A stretch of DNA of 64,000 nt from Gemmatimonadales bacterium. Lineage in GTDB: Bacteria > Gemmatimonadota > Gemmatimonadetes > Gemmatimonadales > GWC2-71-9. Where the stretch lies: contig JBBRBZ010000001.1 in NCBI GenBank assembly GCA_038205305.1, positions 1,811 to 65,810 on the forward strand, in the 5' to 3' direction. A program made the translations under genes and the position numbers. The notes under the pieces were generated by a model. That model was not told where the DNA came from and did not search any database. It saw nothing but the letters and a program-made list of their open reading frames with translations. Shown here piece by piece: positions 36,140 to 47,176 of this stretch. The number at the start of each line of letters is the position of its first letter. Within the stretch, counting starts at the first letter, position 1.

Positions 36140-37113
36140 GGTGATACTCCTTTGGGCGGCTGCAGTCGCCGCCGAATGTCGAGCCAGGTGTCGGCCACTC
36201 CCATCACGAGCCATCCACCAAAGGCCAATGGTAGAACCAGCAATGCCGTCAGGGCGATCTTGAACAGTGGCGGCGCGGGAAACATCGCCAAGGCGTACCG
36301 GGTGATCGCCAGACCGCGCGCCCAATAGAGCGCCCCCAGCACGAAGAGTACATTCGAGCCGATCACCCCGATCGGTTCGGGCAGCGTGAACAGCGTCAAT
36401 CCCAGTCCACCAATCAGCCCCCACACCAGCTGATCGTTGAACCGCAGCCGACTGACCGGTGGTGAGGGCACCCCCATCGGCCGCTGGGCGATCCGGTGAT
36501 ACCAGAGCCAGGCGATCCATCCGCCCACCAGTGCCCCGACCACCAGGATGCCGGGGTAGAGCCCGCTCATCGCATGGACGTAGGCCGAGAGTTGCGCCTC
36601 CCGTCCCGCTCGTGCCGCTGCCGACATTCCATCCAGCGTGGCCTGGTCGTACGGCGTCGGGGGGAGCGACAACCCACCCGGGTAGGCGCGGTATCCCTCC
36701 CAGAGCATGGTCACCACCGCCGCGCGAATGCCCGCGAAATGGATTCCGAGGTGGGCACTCCAGCCGATGGTCACGGCGCTCGCCCCGGCCGCTGCCAGAA
36801 TGAGCTTGTCCGCCAGACTGCGCAGTCCCAGCAGAGCGGTGACCAGCAGCGATCCGGCAAACGCGATCGCCATCGCCCTGCTGGTCTGTTCGATCACCGT
36901 CGCATCGCTCCGCAACACCAGGGTCACGATCGCCGCCATGGCGATGATGCCCAGCCATTCCTCCCGATGCCGCGGTCGTGACACCGCCAGCAGGCAGAGC
37001 AGGGGTGCTGCCACGAACAGGATGGCCCCCGGCGGCCCGGCCACAATGAATCCGGCCGTCACCAGAACGGTCGGCCACGGGGAGCGGCGCCCGGTCGAGC
37101 CGGGCACCGCCAA
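36136..37113 (-). CDS. DUF2232 (YybS-like) polytopic membrane protein embedded in the rpsF-rpsR-rplI operon
   Basis: ORF 36136..37113 with about 8 hydrophobic helices. Its position between rpsR and rplI mirrors yybS of Firmicutes. Confidence 0.7.
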   Translation of the reverse strand: MAVPGSTGRRSPWPTVLVTAGFIVAGPPGAILFVAAPLLCLLAVSRPRHREEWLGIIAMAAIVTLVLRSDATVIEQTSRAMAIAFAGSLLVTALLGLRSLADKLILAAAGASAVTIGWSAHLGIHFAGIRAAVVTMLWEGYRAYPGGLSLPPTPYDQATLDGMSAAARAGREAQLSAYVHAMSGLYPGILVVGALVGGWIAWLWYHRIAQRPMGVPSPPVSRLRFNDQLVWGLIGGLGLTLFTLPEPIGVIGSNVLFVLGALYWARGLAITRYALAMFPAPPLFKIALTALLVLPLAFGGWLVMGVADTWLDIRRRLQPPKGVSP

Positions 37114-37121
37114 CGGAATGG

Positions 37122-37343
37122 TCAGCCCGCGAATCCCTTGATGTACGGTAGGAGCGCCATCTGGCGCGCCCGCTTGACCGCCGTGCTCAACTGCCGCTGA
37201 TGCCGGGCACAGGTGCCGGACAGGCGGCTCGGGAGAATCTTGCCTCGTTCAGTCAGGAATCGGCTGAGGAGACGCTCATCCTTGAAGTCGACGACATGTA
37301 CGCCGGACTCGCAGATGGCACAGGTCTTCTGTTGGCGAGCCAT
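37122..37343 (-). CDS. rpsR: 30S ribosomal protein S18
   Basis: ORF 37122..37343. [50 protein letters not shown]. Confidence 0.95.
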   Translation of the reverse strand: MARQQKTCAICESGVHVVDFKDERLLSRFLTERGKILPSRLSGTCARHQRQLSTAVKRARQMALLPYIKGFAG

Positions 37344-37681
37344 CAGTCCTCTTCCTCCCCATCCTTGGCGCTGGGCGTCGGGGCCATCTGGGCGCCCTCG
37401 TCAAGCACGATGAGATGACGGAGCAACCCTTCGTCGAGCTTCATCGCGCGCTCGAACTCTGGGAGGCTCTGCGCCTCGGCTTCAAACTTGGCGATCACGT
37501 AGTACCCGGTCTCCTTCCCCGCGATGGGGTAGGCCAAGGTCCGCTTGCCCCAGGTCGTCAGCGCAATCGCGCTGTCGCCCTGCTGCGGAAGCAGTGCGTG
37601 AAATCGCTCGAGTTTCTCGGTGATGGCAGTCTCTTCGAGAGCAGAATCGAAGATGTAAACCGCCTCATAGGTACGGCCCAT
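37343..37681 (-). CDS. rpsF: 30S ribosomal protein S6 (acidic C-terminal tail)
   Basis: ORF 37343..37687. ATG 37681 is preferred over GTG 37687 (AAGGAAGG lies 5 nt upstream). [13 protein letters not shown]...[10 protein letters not shown]. Confidence 0.93.
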   Translation of the reverse strand: MGRTYEAVYIFDSALEETAITEKLERFHALLPQQGDSAIALTTWGKRTLAYPIAGKETGYYVIAKFEAEAQSLPEFERAMKLDEGLLRHLIVLDEGAQMAPTPSAKDGEEED

Positions 37682-37811
37682 CGGCACCTTCCTTCGGACT
37701 GGAGACGCCCCGGCGCTGGTGCGGCAGCTGGAGAGGATAACTGTAGGGGCGGCAAAGATATCCGGGTCGGGCAGCGGAGGCCAGTGGGCTCCCTCCGGCG
37801 GCCGGATTCCC

Positions 37812-38222
37812 TCAGCGCCGGTGGCAGCCGCTGTCGGCGACGGCGACCTCCGCCTTGGTCAGCGTCAGCCAGTCCTCCGGGCCGGGTGGGGAGTCCAGGC
37901 GGACATGGAATCCTTGATTGGTCCGGCGATCGACCTGGAGGAGGGTGACCCCCTTCAGGTAGGTGAAGTACTGGCGGCCCGCCGTATCGCGCTTTTCGAG
38001 GGCGATCCCGAGGCAACCGGGCGAGCGGTTGGAGTGGCCCACCTGGCCGATGAGGAGGCTGGCGCCGAGCGAGGGCACCCGGACCTGAACCGTGGCACCC
38101 TGATGGAGCAGGGAATCCTGCCGCGGCGGCTGGACGCGCGGGGGTGGTGCGGGATCGGCGGTCTGGGCCGCGAGCGGGGAGGCGCTCGCCAGGATCGCGG
38201 CAATCAGGGGAAAGTGACGCAT
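37812..38222 (-). CDS. Hypothetical secreted protein
   Basis: ORF 37812..38222. Signal peptide MRHFPLIAAILASASPLAAQ. No recognisable family. Confidence 0.55.
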   Translation of the reverse strand: MRHFPLIAAILASASPLAAQTADPAPPPRVQPPRQDSLLHQGATVQVRVPSLGASLLIGQVGHSNRSPGCLGIALEKRDTAGRQYFTYLKGVTLLQVDRRTNQGFHVRLDSPPGPEDWLTLTKAEVAVADSGCHRR

Positions 38223-38275
38223 GGCTGTAGTCTAGGCGGGAGGCGGGGTCGCCGACCAGCGCCCGGTCACGCGGC

Positions 38276-39031
38276 TCAGTGGCTGATGGCGGGCTGCCAC
38301 GGCAGGCCGTCCCATGAGACCGTGAGCCGGTGACTGCTGATTCCGAGACGAGGGGCGCGAAGGCCGAAGATGGTGCGCCGGCCGGTCGCGAATTTGGCCG
38401 ACGCCACCCCGAGCGCCGCGCCAGCCACGACGTCGCTGGTCCAGTGGGCATCCTGCGCCACCCGGGCCCACGCCGTGCCGGTGGCCAGGGCGTAAAGGCC
38501 GACGCGCGCCCAGGGGCGGTGGATCGCATCGCCGAGCGCGGTGGCAAACGCGAACGCCACGGTGGTGTGCCCCGACGGGAAGGACGCCTTCCCGGAGAAC
38601 GGCGCAAAGTCGTCTCCGGCACGATCGGGATCGTTGTACGGTCGTTCCCGACCCACGATGAGCTTCAGCCCCTGCACCGCGATTGTCGCGGCAGCCACCG
38701 ACGCCGTGGTCTCGAGGGCGGCGTGTGTGAGGGCGCGTTGATGCGCCACCAGCCCGACGATCGCCAGCACGCCCACAGTGGGTCCGATGATGGTGACGGT
38801 GCCGAAGCGTGCCAGGTCGTTGGCGGTGCTGAGTCGATCGGCGGAGGGATGTTCCTGTAGGTCATGCGCGATGGCCGCATCGAGCAGTGAGGCTGCGGCG
38901 ACGAGCCCGGTCGCTGCGGCGACGACTGGCCAGCGAATGGGAGGTGGGGAGGACGCCCTGGTCGATTGGGACGTTGCCGAGCGTGCCGCGAGCAGAAGGA
39001 GGAGGCTCACGGCACGCCACCGGCCAGACAT
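38276..39031 (-). CDS. PAP2-family (phosphatidic acid / undecaprenyl-PP-type) membrane phosphatase
   Basis: ORF 38276..39070 trimmed to Met14 (39031), which overlaps the upstream stop by 1 nt. PAP2 motifs KLIVGRERP, FPSGHT and AQDAHWTSDV. Confidence 0.85.
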   Translation of the reverse strand: MSGRWRAVSLLLLLAARSATSQSTRASSPPPIRWPVVAAATGLVAAASLLDAAIAHDLQEHPSADRLSTANDLARFGTVTIIGPTVGVLAIVGLVAHQRALTHAALETTASVAAATIAVQGLKLIVGRERPYNDPDRAGDDFAPFSGKASFPSGHTTVAFAFATALGDAIHRPWARVGLYALATGTAWARVAQDAHWTSDVVAGAALGVASAKFATGRRTIFGLRAPRLGISSHRLTVSWDGLPWQPAISH

Positions 39032-40179
39032 CAATGGCTCGGCGCGAGCTTGAGCCAGCGCACTTCCCACGGTTCGCCCTCGGTGGGGCGGTGCACCAGC
39101 ATCGAATCGCCGGCGAAGAGCACCACCCTCGTGCGGCGCGGGAGCTGGAATTGCCCCAGCAACTTTCCGTCTGCGTCAATGTGGTAGCAGGTGACGGAAT
39201 CGTGCGTCGGGCTGATCGCGCCGACGGCGAGAAAGTCGCCCTTCCGGCTGGCAGCGATGCCGCTGATGGCCGGGAAGTACCGTGCCGTACGGTTGGAGAT
39301 GGTGTCCACCTGCTCCGGCGTCAGTCCTTCGCTGGTGCCGGTGGCCAGGGCCTCGGCGCGTCGGGCGGCCATATCGGCCGGCGTGATCTCCGGTCCGGGG
39401 AAGTCACCTGTGATGGTCCACCGCTCGTGCCCCTTCGCGTCGCTGCCGTGGAGGACAAATCGGTCCGCCGGACTCCAGACGAAGTCGCCGGCCCGATCGA
39501 CGCCAAAGCTTGGCCAGGCTGGGAAGAACGGCGGCAGGCCGAGCCGAACCGAGTCTGCCATGGTGAGCCAGGGAAGCACCAGCCGCATGACCGGGGTGCC
39601 GCTCGTGTCGGTCGCTGCGCCGAGCACATCCACCTCGAAACGCATTCCCGGTGCCCCTGCAATGGGGCGAATCCGTTCGAGCAGGATCAGGTCGCTGGCG
39701 AAGCCGCGATTGAACACACCGCTGATCTGCGGCAGCGCCGTCGGCTTCTCGAGGTGGCCGGCCGAGTTGTAGTGCAGCAGGCGATCCTCGCCACCCGTCA
39801 CGAGGACGCGGTATCCCGAGCCCTCCTTCGCCACAGCGAGCGCCACAACCGGCGCCTGCTGCTCGCCATCAGTGGTGCCGAGTTCGAGCGCGGTGGTGTC
39901 GGTGCCGCTCCAGATCATCACCGGTCGCCCCGGTTCCCACAGGGCGAAGTGCGTATCGTCGAGCCAGTTGCCGAACGCGGCACCGAGCGGGCAACTGCCC
40001 CGACCGTCGGCCTCGCAGAGTCGGCGACCCTCGGTAATGGTTTTGTGTGGCAACGAATCAAGTGTGGCTTGCGTGATGACGGTGACGACCGGCGTCACGG
40101 AAGCCTTCCCGCAGCCCCCCAGAGCGAACGCGAGGCAGGCGACGCCGCTGGTGAACGTGGCAGCAATCCGGGGAAACAT
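39031..40179 (-). CDS. Hypothetical lipoprotein (beta-propeller-like)
   Basis: ORF 39031..40320 trimmed to Met48 (MFPRIAATFTSGVACLAFALGGCG, with lipobox LGGC). No confident family. Confidence 0.6.
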   Translation of the reverse strand: MFPRIAATFTSGVACLAFALGGCGKASVTPVVTVITQATLDSLPHKTITEGRRLCEADGRGSCPLGAAFGNWLDDTHFALWEPGRPVMIWSGTDTTALELGTTDGEQQAPVVALAVAKEGSGYRVLVTGGEDRLLHYNSAGHLEKPTALPQISGVFNRGFASDLILLERIRPIAGAPGMRFEVDVLGAATDTSGTPVMRLVLPWLTMADSVRLGLPPFFPAWPSFGVDRAGDFVWSPADRFVLHGSDAKGHERWTITGDFPGPEITPADMAARRAEALATGTSEGLTPEQVDTISNRTARYFPAISGIAASRKGDFLAVGAISPTHDSVTCYHIDADGKLLGQFQLPRRTRVVLFAGDSMLVHRPTEGEPWEVRWLKLAPSH

Positions 40180-40223
40180 GAGGTCCCTTCCCATCACAAG
40201 AGGTGGTTCGGTGGGGCTCGGCA

Positions 40224-41321
40224 TCAGGAACTGAAGCGGAAGAGCATGACATCGCCGTCCTGCACGACGTATTCCTTCCCCTCGGCACGCGAGAGCCCCT
40301 GCTCCCGGGCCGGCTTCCAACCTCCGACGCGGACGAAATCGGCATACGCCACGGTTTCCGCGCGGATGAATCCCTTCTCGAAATCACTGTGGATGACGCC
40401 AGCGGCTTCGGGTCCCTTGGCGCCACGCCGCACCGTCCATGCGCGCACTTCCTTTTCGCCCGCGGTGAAGTAACTCTGCAAGCCAAGCAGGTGGTAGGCG
40501 GCTGCCGCAAGGCGATCGAGTCCGGATTCATGGACCCCGAGCGATTCGAGGAAGTCGGCGCGATCCTCCTGGGGCAACTCGGCGAGCTCCGCCTCCACCT
40601 TCGCGGAGAAGATCACCAGCTCCGCCGACTCTCCTTCGGCGGCAATCGCGGCACGCAGGCGTTCCACGGCGGCGTTGCCACCTTGGAGTTCATCCTCGCG
40701 CACGTTGGCCGCATACAGCACCGGCTTGGAGGTGAGCAGGTTGAAACTTTGGTAGCTCGCGCGCTCTTCCTCGGTCGGCTCCACGCTTCGCGCCAGACGG
40801 CCTTCGCTGAGCGCCTCCACCAGTCGTTCGAGCAGCCCCTTCTCCAGCTTCGCCTGCGCGTCGCCCGACTTGGCTGCCCGCTGCGCCTTGTCGAGTCGCT
40901 TCTCGACCGAGGCCAGATCGGCGAGCCCGAGCTCCGTGTTGATCACGCCGCGGTCGCGGACCGGATCGACCGCGCCCATGACGTGCTGGATGTCATCGTC
41001 GGTGAAGCAGCGGACCACGTGCACCACCGCATCGACCTCGCGAATGTTGGCGAGGAACTGGTTGCCCAGCCCTTCACCCTGGCTGGCACCTGCCACCAGT
41101 CCCGCAATGTCGACGAACTGCACTGTGGCCGGTACCGTGCGTTCCGGATGCACGAACTTCGCGATTTCGGCGAGTCGTGGATCGGGCACCTCAACGACGC
41201 CGGTGTTCGGTTCGATGGTGGCGAAGGGATAGTTCGCGACCAGGGCACCAGCGGAGGTCAGCGCGTTGAAGAGCGTGGACTTGCCGACGTTGGGGAGACC
41301 GACGATACCGAGAGAGAGCAT
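40224..41321 (-). CDS. ychF: Redox-regulated ribosome-binding ATPase YchF (Obg-family)
   Basis: ORF 40224..41321. GIVGLPNVGKSTLFNALT, DIAGLVAGASQGEGLGNQFL, and the C-terminal TGS-like region GDVMLFRF. Confidence 0.95.
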   Translation of the reverse strand: MLSLGIVGLPNVGKSTLFNALTSAGALVANYPFATIEPNTGVVEVPDPRLAEIAKFVHPERTVPATVQFVDIAGLVAGASQGEGLGNQFLANIREVDAVVHVVRCFTDDDIQHVMGAVDPVRDRGVINTELGLADLASVEKRLDKAQRAAKSGDAQAKLEKGLLERLVEALSEGRLARSVEPTEEERASYQSFNLLTSKPVLYAANVREDELQGGNAAVERLRAAIAAEGESAELVIFSAKVEAELAELPQEDRADFLESLGVHESGLDRLAAAAYHLLGLQSYFTAGEKEVRAWTVRRGAKGPEAAGVIHSDFEKGFIRAETVAYADFVRVGGWKPAREQGLSRAEGKEYVVQDGDVMLFRFSS

Positions 41322-41357
41322 GGAACCTTGCTGTGAGTCGTGGATAGAGGGAGGCGG

Positions 41358-41390
41358 GGGTGGTGGGCCGCCGGGGGCGACCCACCACCC
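41358..41390 (-). terminator. Perfect 10-bp GC-rich hairpin between hppA and ychF (terminator candidate)
   Basis: GGGTGGTGGG, a 13-nt loop, then CCCACCACCC (41358..41390). It lies 6 nt downstream of the hppA stop. No U-tract. Confidence 0.45.
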
Positions 41391-41395
41391 GTGTG

Positions 41396-43459
<2,064 letters not shown>

Positions 43460-43475
43460 GGAGTGGTCCTGGTGA

Positions 43476-44048
43476 TTAGGTCACGGGATTGAAATCGTTC
43501 ATGGCGCGCTCGATACCGTGCGCCAGCCAGCATTCTACCGCTTCGGTCATCGCTTGCAGGGTGCCCTCGAGCGCCTGCCGCTCCGTGGAAGTCTGCTTCC
43601 CCAGCACCCAGTCCGCCAAACTGTCGTATTCCGGGGGCTTGGCCCCGACCCCGATCCGGAGCCGCGGATAGTCCTGCCGCCGCAGCGCCGCCTCGATGCT
43701 CTTCAGTCCGTTGTGGCCGCCGGGAGTGCCCGCGCCACGGAGGCGAAACCGCCCCGGGGGAAGAGCCACATCGTCCACCAGCACGAGCAGGTCCTCGGCC
43801 GGATTCCATGACGGTGAGCGGAGCCCCCGCAGGGCATCGCCACTCAGGTTCATGAACGTCGTCGGCTTCAATAAACGAACCGGGACGCCGCGAAGCGTCC
43901 CGGAGGTCATCACCGCCTGATCACCGCGCTTGAATGGGCCGAAGCCCCACTGCGCGGCAAGGTGGTCCACCAGCAGGAAGCCGGCGTTGTGACGCGTGCG
44001 GTCGTACTCGGGCCCGGGGTTGCCGAGCCCCACGATCGCCTTGGCCAC
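43476..44048 (-). CDS. pth: Peptidyl-tRNA hydrolase
   Basis: ORF 43476..44048. [20 protein letters not shown], and GHNGLKSI. Confidence 0.95.
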   Translation of the reverse strand: MAKAIVGLGNPGPEYDRTRHNAGFLLVDHLAAQWGFGPFKRGDQAVMTSGTLRGVPVRLLKPTTFMNLSGDALRGLRSPSWNPAEDLLVLVDDVALPPGRFRLRGAGTPGGHNGLKSIEAALRRQDYPRLRIGVGAKPPEYDSLADWVLGKQTSTERQALEGTLQAMTEAVECWLAHGIERAMNDFNPVT

Positions 44049-44711
44049 CTACGCTCCGGTGCTGTCGGCTCCGACCTCGCCTTCCTCGCCCTTGCCCTTC
44101 TTGATGACCTCGGGCTCGGCGCCGGTCGGCACGGTGACGGCGGCGACCTCGGCACGCGTGACCACGACCGAGACAACCGAGACGGTCGCGTCGTTCATGA
44201 TCTCGCCCTTGGCCACCTTGATGTCGCCGATGTGAATCGCGTGGTTGACCATGAGGTCGGTGACGTCGATCTCGATGTGATCCGGGATGTCCGCCGGGAG
44301 CACCTTGAGCGAGATGCGGTGCAGGTGGTGATCCAGCACGCCACCCTGGTTGCGCACCCCTTCGGCCGTGCCGACGATGTGCACCGGGATCTCGACGACG
44401 ATCGGCTCGTTCTCGGTGATGGCGTAGAGATCGAGGTGGATCACGTCGCTGCGACGGACCGGGTTGCGCTGGACCTCACGCACCAGGGCGCGCACTGGGA
44501 CGGTGCCGTCGATGGTCACGTCGAGCAGCGCTGCCTCGCCACCAATCACCTCGAGCAGCTTGCCGAGTTCGGTATGAACGACCGCGAGCGAACGCGATGG
44601 CATGCCGTGGCCATAGATGGTCGCGGGGACCTTGCCCGCGCGACGCAGGGCCCGTGCGGCACCCTTCCCAGTTTTGTCGCGAGACTCCGCGGCGAGCTTC
44701 ACAAGCTGCAT
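44049..44711 (-). CDS. rplY: 50S ribosomal protein L25 / general stress protein Ctc (long form)
   Basis: ORF 44049..44711. RDKTGKGAARALRRAGKVPATIYGHG, and the Ctc-type C-terminal extension. Confidence 0.9.
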   Translation of the reverse strand: MQLVKLAAESRDKTGKGAARALRRAGKVPATIYGHGMPSRSLAVVHTELGKLLEVIGGEAALLDVTIDGTVPVRALVREVQRNPVRRSDVIHLDLYAITENEPIVVEIPVHIVGTAEGVRNQGGVLDHHLHRISLKVLPADIPDHIEIDVTDLMVNHAIHIGDIKVAKGEIMNDATVSVVSVVVTRAEVAAVTVPTGAEPEVIKKGKGEEGEVGADSTGA

Positions 44712-44728
44712 ACTGCCTCCGTCCTGCG

Positions 44729-45682
44729 TTATTCGAACAGCGCGCTGACCGACTGCTCGCTATGCGTGTATCCGATCGCCTTGGCCAGCAGTCCCGACAC
44801 CGTCAGCACCTTGAGCTGCGGGAAGTGTCGATCGGCCGGGATCGCGATGGTATCGGTCACCGCGATCTCCTTGACGGGCGACTTCGACAGCCGCTCCACC
44901 GCCGGCCCCGAGAGCAGGGCATGGGTGGCACAGATGTAGATGTCGTTGGCGCCCAATTCCTTCAGTGCCAGCACGGCTTCCGCCATGGTCCCGCCGGTAT
45001 CGATCATGTCGTCGGGGATGATGCAGTCCTTCCCCTCGACATCCCCCACCACGTGCACGGCTTCGATCGTGTTGGCGGCGGCCCGGCGCTTGTCGATGAT
45101 CGCCAGCGAGCCGTTCAACCGCTTGGCGAAGCCGCGTGCCATCTTCGCGGAGCCGACATCGGCCGCCACCACCGCCAGATTCTCGAGGTTCATGCCACGG
45201 TAGTGGTTGATGAACACCGGGGCCGCATAGAGGTGATCGACCGGCAGGTCGAAGAACCCCTGCAACTGATGCTGGTGAAAATCGATCGCCAGCACCCGGT
45301 CGGCCCCTGCCGCCGACACCATGTTTGCCATCAGCTTCGCGCTGATCGCCACCCGCCCTTGGTCCTTTCGGTCCTGGCGGGCGTAACCGAAGTACGGAAT
45401 CACCGCCGTGATCCGGGCGGCGCTGGCCCGACGCGCCGCATCCATCAGCAGCAGCAGTTCCAGCAGGTTCTCCGCCGGGGGATTCGTGGGATTGATGATG
45501 TAGACGTCCCGACCGCGGACATTCTCATCGATCCGGACGAAGATCTCCCCATCGGCAAATCGGCGACTCGTCGCCTTGCAGAGCTGGGTCTCCAGCTGCC
45601 GGGCGATCTCTTCGGCGAGCGGCCGGTTGGCCGACCCACTGAGGAGCATCAAGGGCTTCGAGGTCACGGACGAATCAGCCAT
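44729..45682 (-). CDS. prs: Ribose-phosphate pyrophosphokinase (PRPP synthetase)
   Basis: ORF 44729..45682. FADGEIFVRI, VIPYFGYARQDRK, and the PRPP-binding loop IIPDDMIDTGGT. Confidence 0.95.
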   Translation of the reverse strand: MADSSVTSKPLMLLSGSANRPLAEEIARQLETQLCKATSRRFADGEIFVRIDENVRGRDVYIINPTNPPAENLLELLLLMDAARRASAARITAVIPYFGYARQDRKDQGRVAISAKLMANMVSAAGADRVLAIDFHQHQLQGFFDLPVDHLYAAPVFINHYRGMNLENLAVVAADVGSAKMARGFAKRLNGSLAIIDKRRAAANTIEAVHVVGDVEGKDCIIPDDMIDTGGTMAEAVLALKELGANDIYICATHALLSGPAVERLSKSPVKEIAVTDTIAIPADRHFPQLKVLTVSGLLAKAIGYTHSEQSVSALFE

Positions 45683-45810
45683 AACAATAGCCCGGAAAGA
45701 TAGTTAGGAAGGGTCGGACCGGGCAACGGGAGGGAGTCGCCGATGGGTAAAATTCATGCGGGGGTGTCCTTCGGGTTTTCTGCGGGTACCCGGCGGCGAG
45801 AGGTCGAGCA

Positions 45811-45881
45811 TTCCCCCTCGTGGATTCGAACCACGATTCGCAGCTCCAAAGGCTGCTGTCCTGCCATTGGACGAAGGGGGA
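45811..45881 (-). tRNA. tRNA-Gln (anticodon UUG), 71 nt, CCA not encoded
   Basis: Hand-folded cloverleaf on the minus strand: TCCCCCT TC GTCC AATGGCA GGAC A GCAGC CTTTGGA GCTGC GAAT CGTGG TTCGAAT CCACG AGGGGGA A. It has a 7-bp acceptor stem, 4-bp D stem, 5-bp anticodon stem with loop CU-UUG-GA, and a 5-bp T stem with a TTCGAAT loop. Confidence 0.9.
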
Positions 45882-45980
45882 GCAGGGCCGGAATATGGCC
45901 GGGACCGTTCCGTCACGGAAGAGTGAGACCCTCACGCCGTCACGGTTGGGACCAGTGTGGGGAGGACGGTCTCGGCGCGC

Positions 45981-47135
45981 TCACTGGATCCGCAGCACGC
46001 GAAGGAGCGTGACGGCAAGCAGCATCAGCGTCGCCAGTGACAGCGTGACGGTCAGCACCACGCGAGGCCCCACGCGGCGGAGTGTTTTGAGGTCGACGCC
46101 GAGCCCCAAGGCGGCCATCGCTCCCACCGTGAGCCAAGTGGACAGCTCGCGGGTCGGGGCGACCCAACTGGTCGGGATCACCCCGGTCGACCGCAGGCCG
46201 GCGAGTGCGAGGAAGCCGATGATGAACCAGGGCACGAAGCGTGTCAGCCGAAAGGGTGGCTGGGTGCCGTTGCGTGCATCGGTCACGGTGTCGCGATGGC
46301 GGAGCGCAAAGAACAGCACGACCGGGCCGAGCATCAGGACCCGCACCAGCTTGACGAGTGTGCCGACCTGGCCGGAGAGCACGCTCACCGGGAACGCCGC
46401 CGCCAACACCTGCGGCACCGCGTAGACCGAGAGACCGGCGAGCACACCGTACTGGTAATCGCTGAGCCCGAGGGGACCCATCAGCAGGGGCAGACCGAGC
46501 ACGACGACCACGCCGAGGATCGCCGTGAAGGCAATCGACGAGGCGACGTGTTCCTTCTTCGCGCCGATCACCGGTGCGATCGCGGCGATGGCGGAGTTAC
46601 CGCAGATCGAATTGCCGCAGGCCACGAGAATTGCCAGCCGGTTCGGCAGGCCAAGCAGACGCCCGATGCCGTAACCGCTCGCGATGGAGAGGACCACCAG
46701 CAGGACGATCCCGACCGCCAGCGCGGGACCTGCCTCAAGCAGCAGGGGCAAATTGACCGAGGCCCCGAGCAGGACGATCGCCAGCTCGAGCACCTCCTTC
46801 GCCGTGAAGTCGATGCCGACCTGCGCCCGGTCCGGTGTGGCCCACATCGTCCGCACGATCATGCCGACCAGGATCGCGACGACCAGCCCCTCAATCACCG
46901 GGTGGCCCAAGAGTCGTGTCTCGATGGCAGCGATACCGATCGAGACGATCGCCACGACGCTCGCGAGGATGACGCCGGGGAGGAGCCTCCGGACGCGCAC
47001 GCCAGCGGGAGGGACGAGGCGCGCCGAAAGGCCGGTGCGGAAGGGGGCGGCGGCGAGGGTCTGGCTGGCTGACACGTGACTGGCTCCGGCTCGGGTCATC
47101 TTCGGTTGCCGGAATCCTCGTTCGCCAGAGGTCAT
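45981..47135 (-). CDS. yeiH: YeiH/UPF0324-family putative exporter (polytopic membrane protein)
   Basis: ORF 45981..47135; the start is uncertain and Met13 at 47099 is also possible. GNSICGNSAIAA and about 10 TM helices are typical of the YeiH family. It is divergent from a LysR gene, as in yeiE-yeiH. Confidence 0.8.
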   Translation of the reverse strand: MTSGERGFRQPKMTRAGASHVSASQTLAAAPFRTGLSARLVPPAGVRVRRLLPGVILASVVAIVSIGIAAIETRLLGHPVIEGLVVAILVGMIVRTMWATPDRAQVGIDFTAKEVLELAIVLLGASVNLPLLLEAGPALAVGIVLLVVLSIASGYGIGRLLGLPNRLAILVACGNSICGNSAIAAIAPVIGAKKEHVASSIAFTAILGVVVVLGLPLLMGPLGLSDYQYGVLAGLSVYAVPQVLAAAFPVSVLSGQVGTLVKLVRVLMLGPVVLFFALRHRDTVTDARNGTQPPFRLTRFVPWFIIGFLALAGLRSTGVIPTSWVAPTRELSTWLTVGAMAALGLGVDLKTLRRVGPRVVLTVTLSLATLMLLAVTLLRVLRIQ

Positions 47136-47156
47136 GCGTCAAAGACATTTATTCTA

Positions 47157-47173
47157 TTAATCCATTACATTAA
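47157..47173. promoter_or_regulatory. Candidate LysR-type operator (TTAAT-N7-ATTAA, T-N11-A architecture) in AT-rich divergent promoter region
   Basis: Read directly: TTAATCCATTACATTAA. It sits inside a markedly AT-rich 41-bp gap (47136..47176) between the divergent yeiH-like and LysR genes. Confidence 0.45.
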
Positions 47174-47176
47174 GTT

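Noticed and set aside
38887-40473. 528-aa plus-strand ORF, plus 42125..43369 (+) 414 aa and 32885..34168 (+) 427 aa
   Set aside because: These are antisense to the PAP2/lipoprotein/ychF genes, to hppA and to the giant OM protein respectively. All are shadow ORFs.
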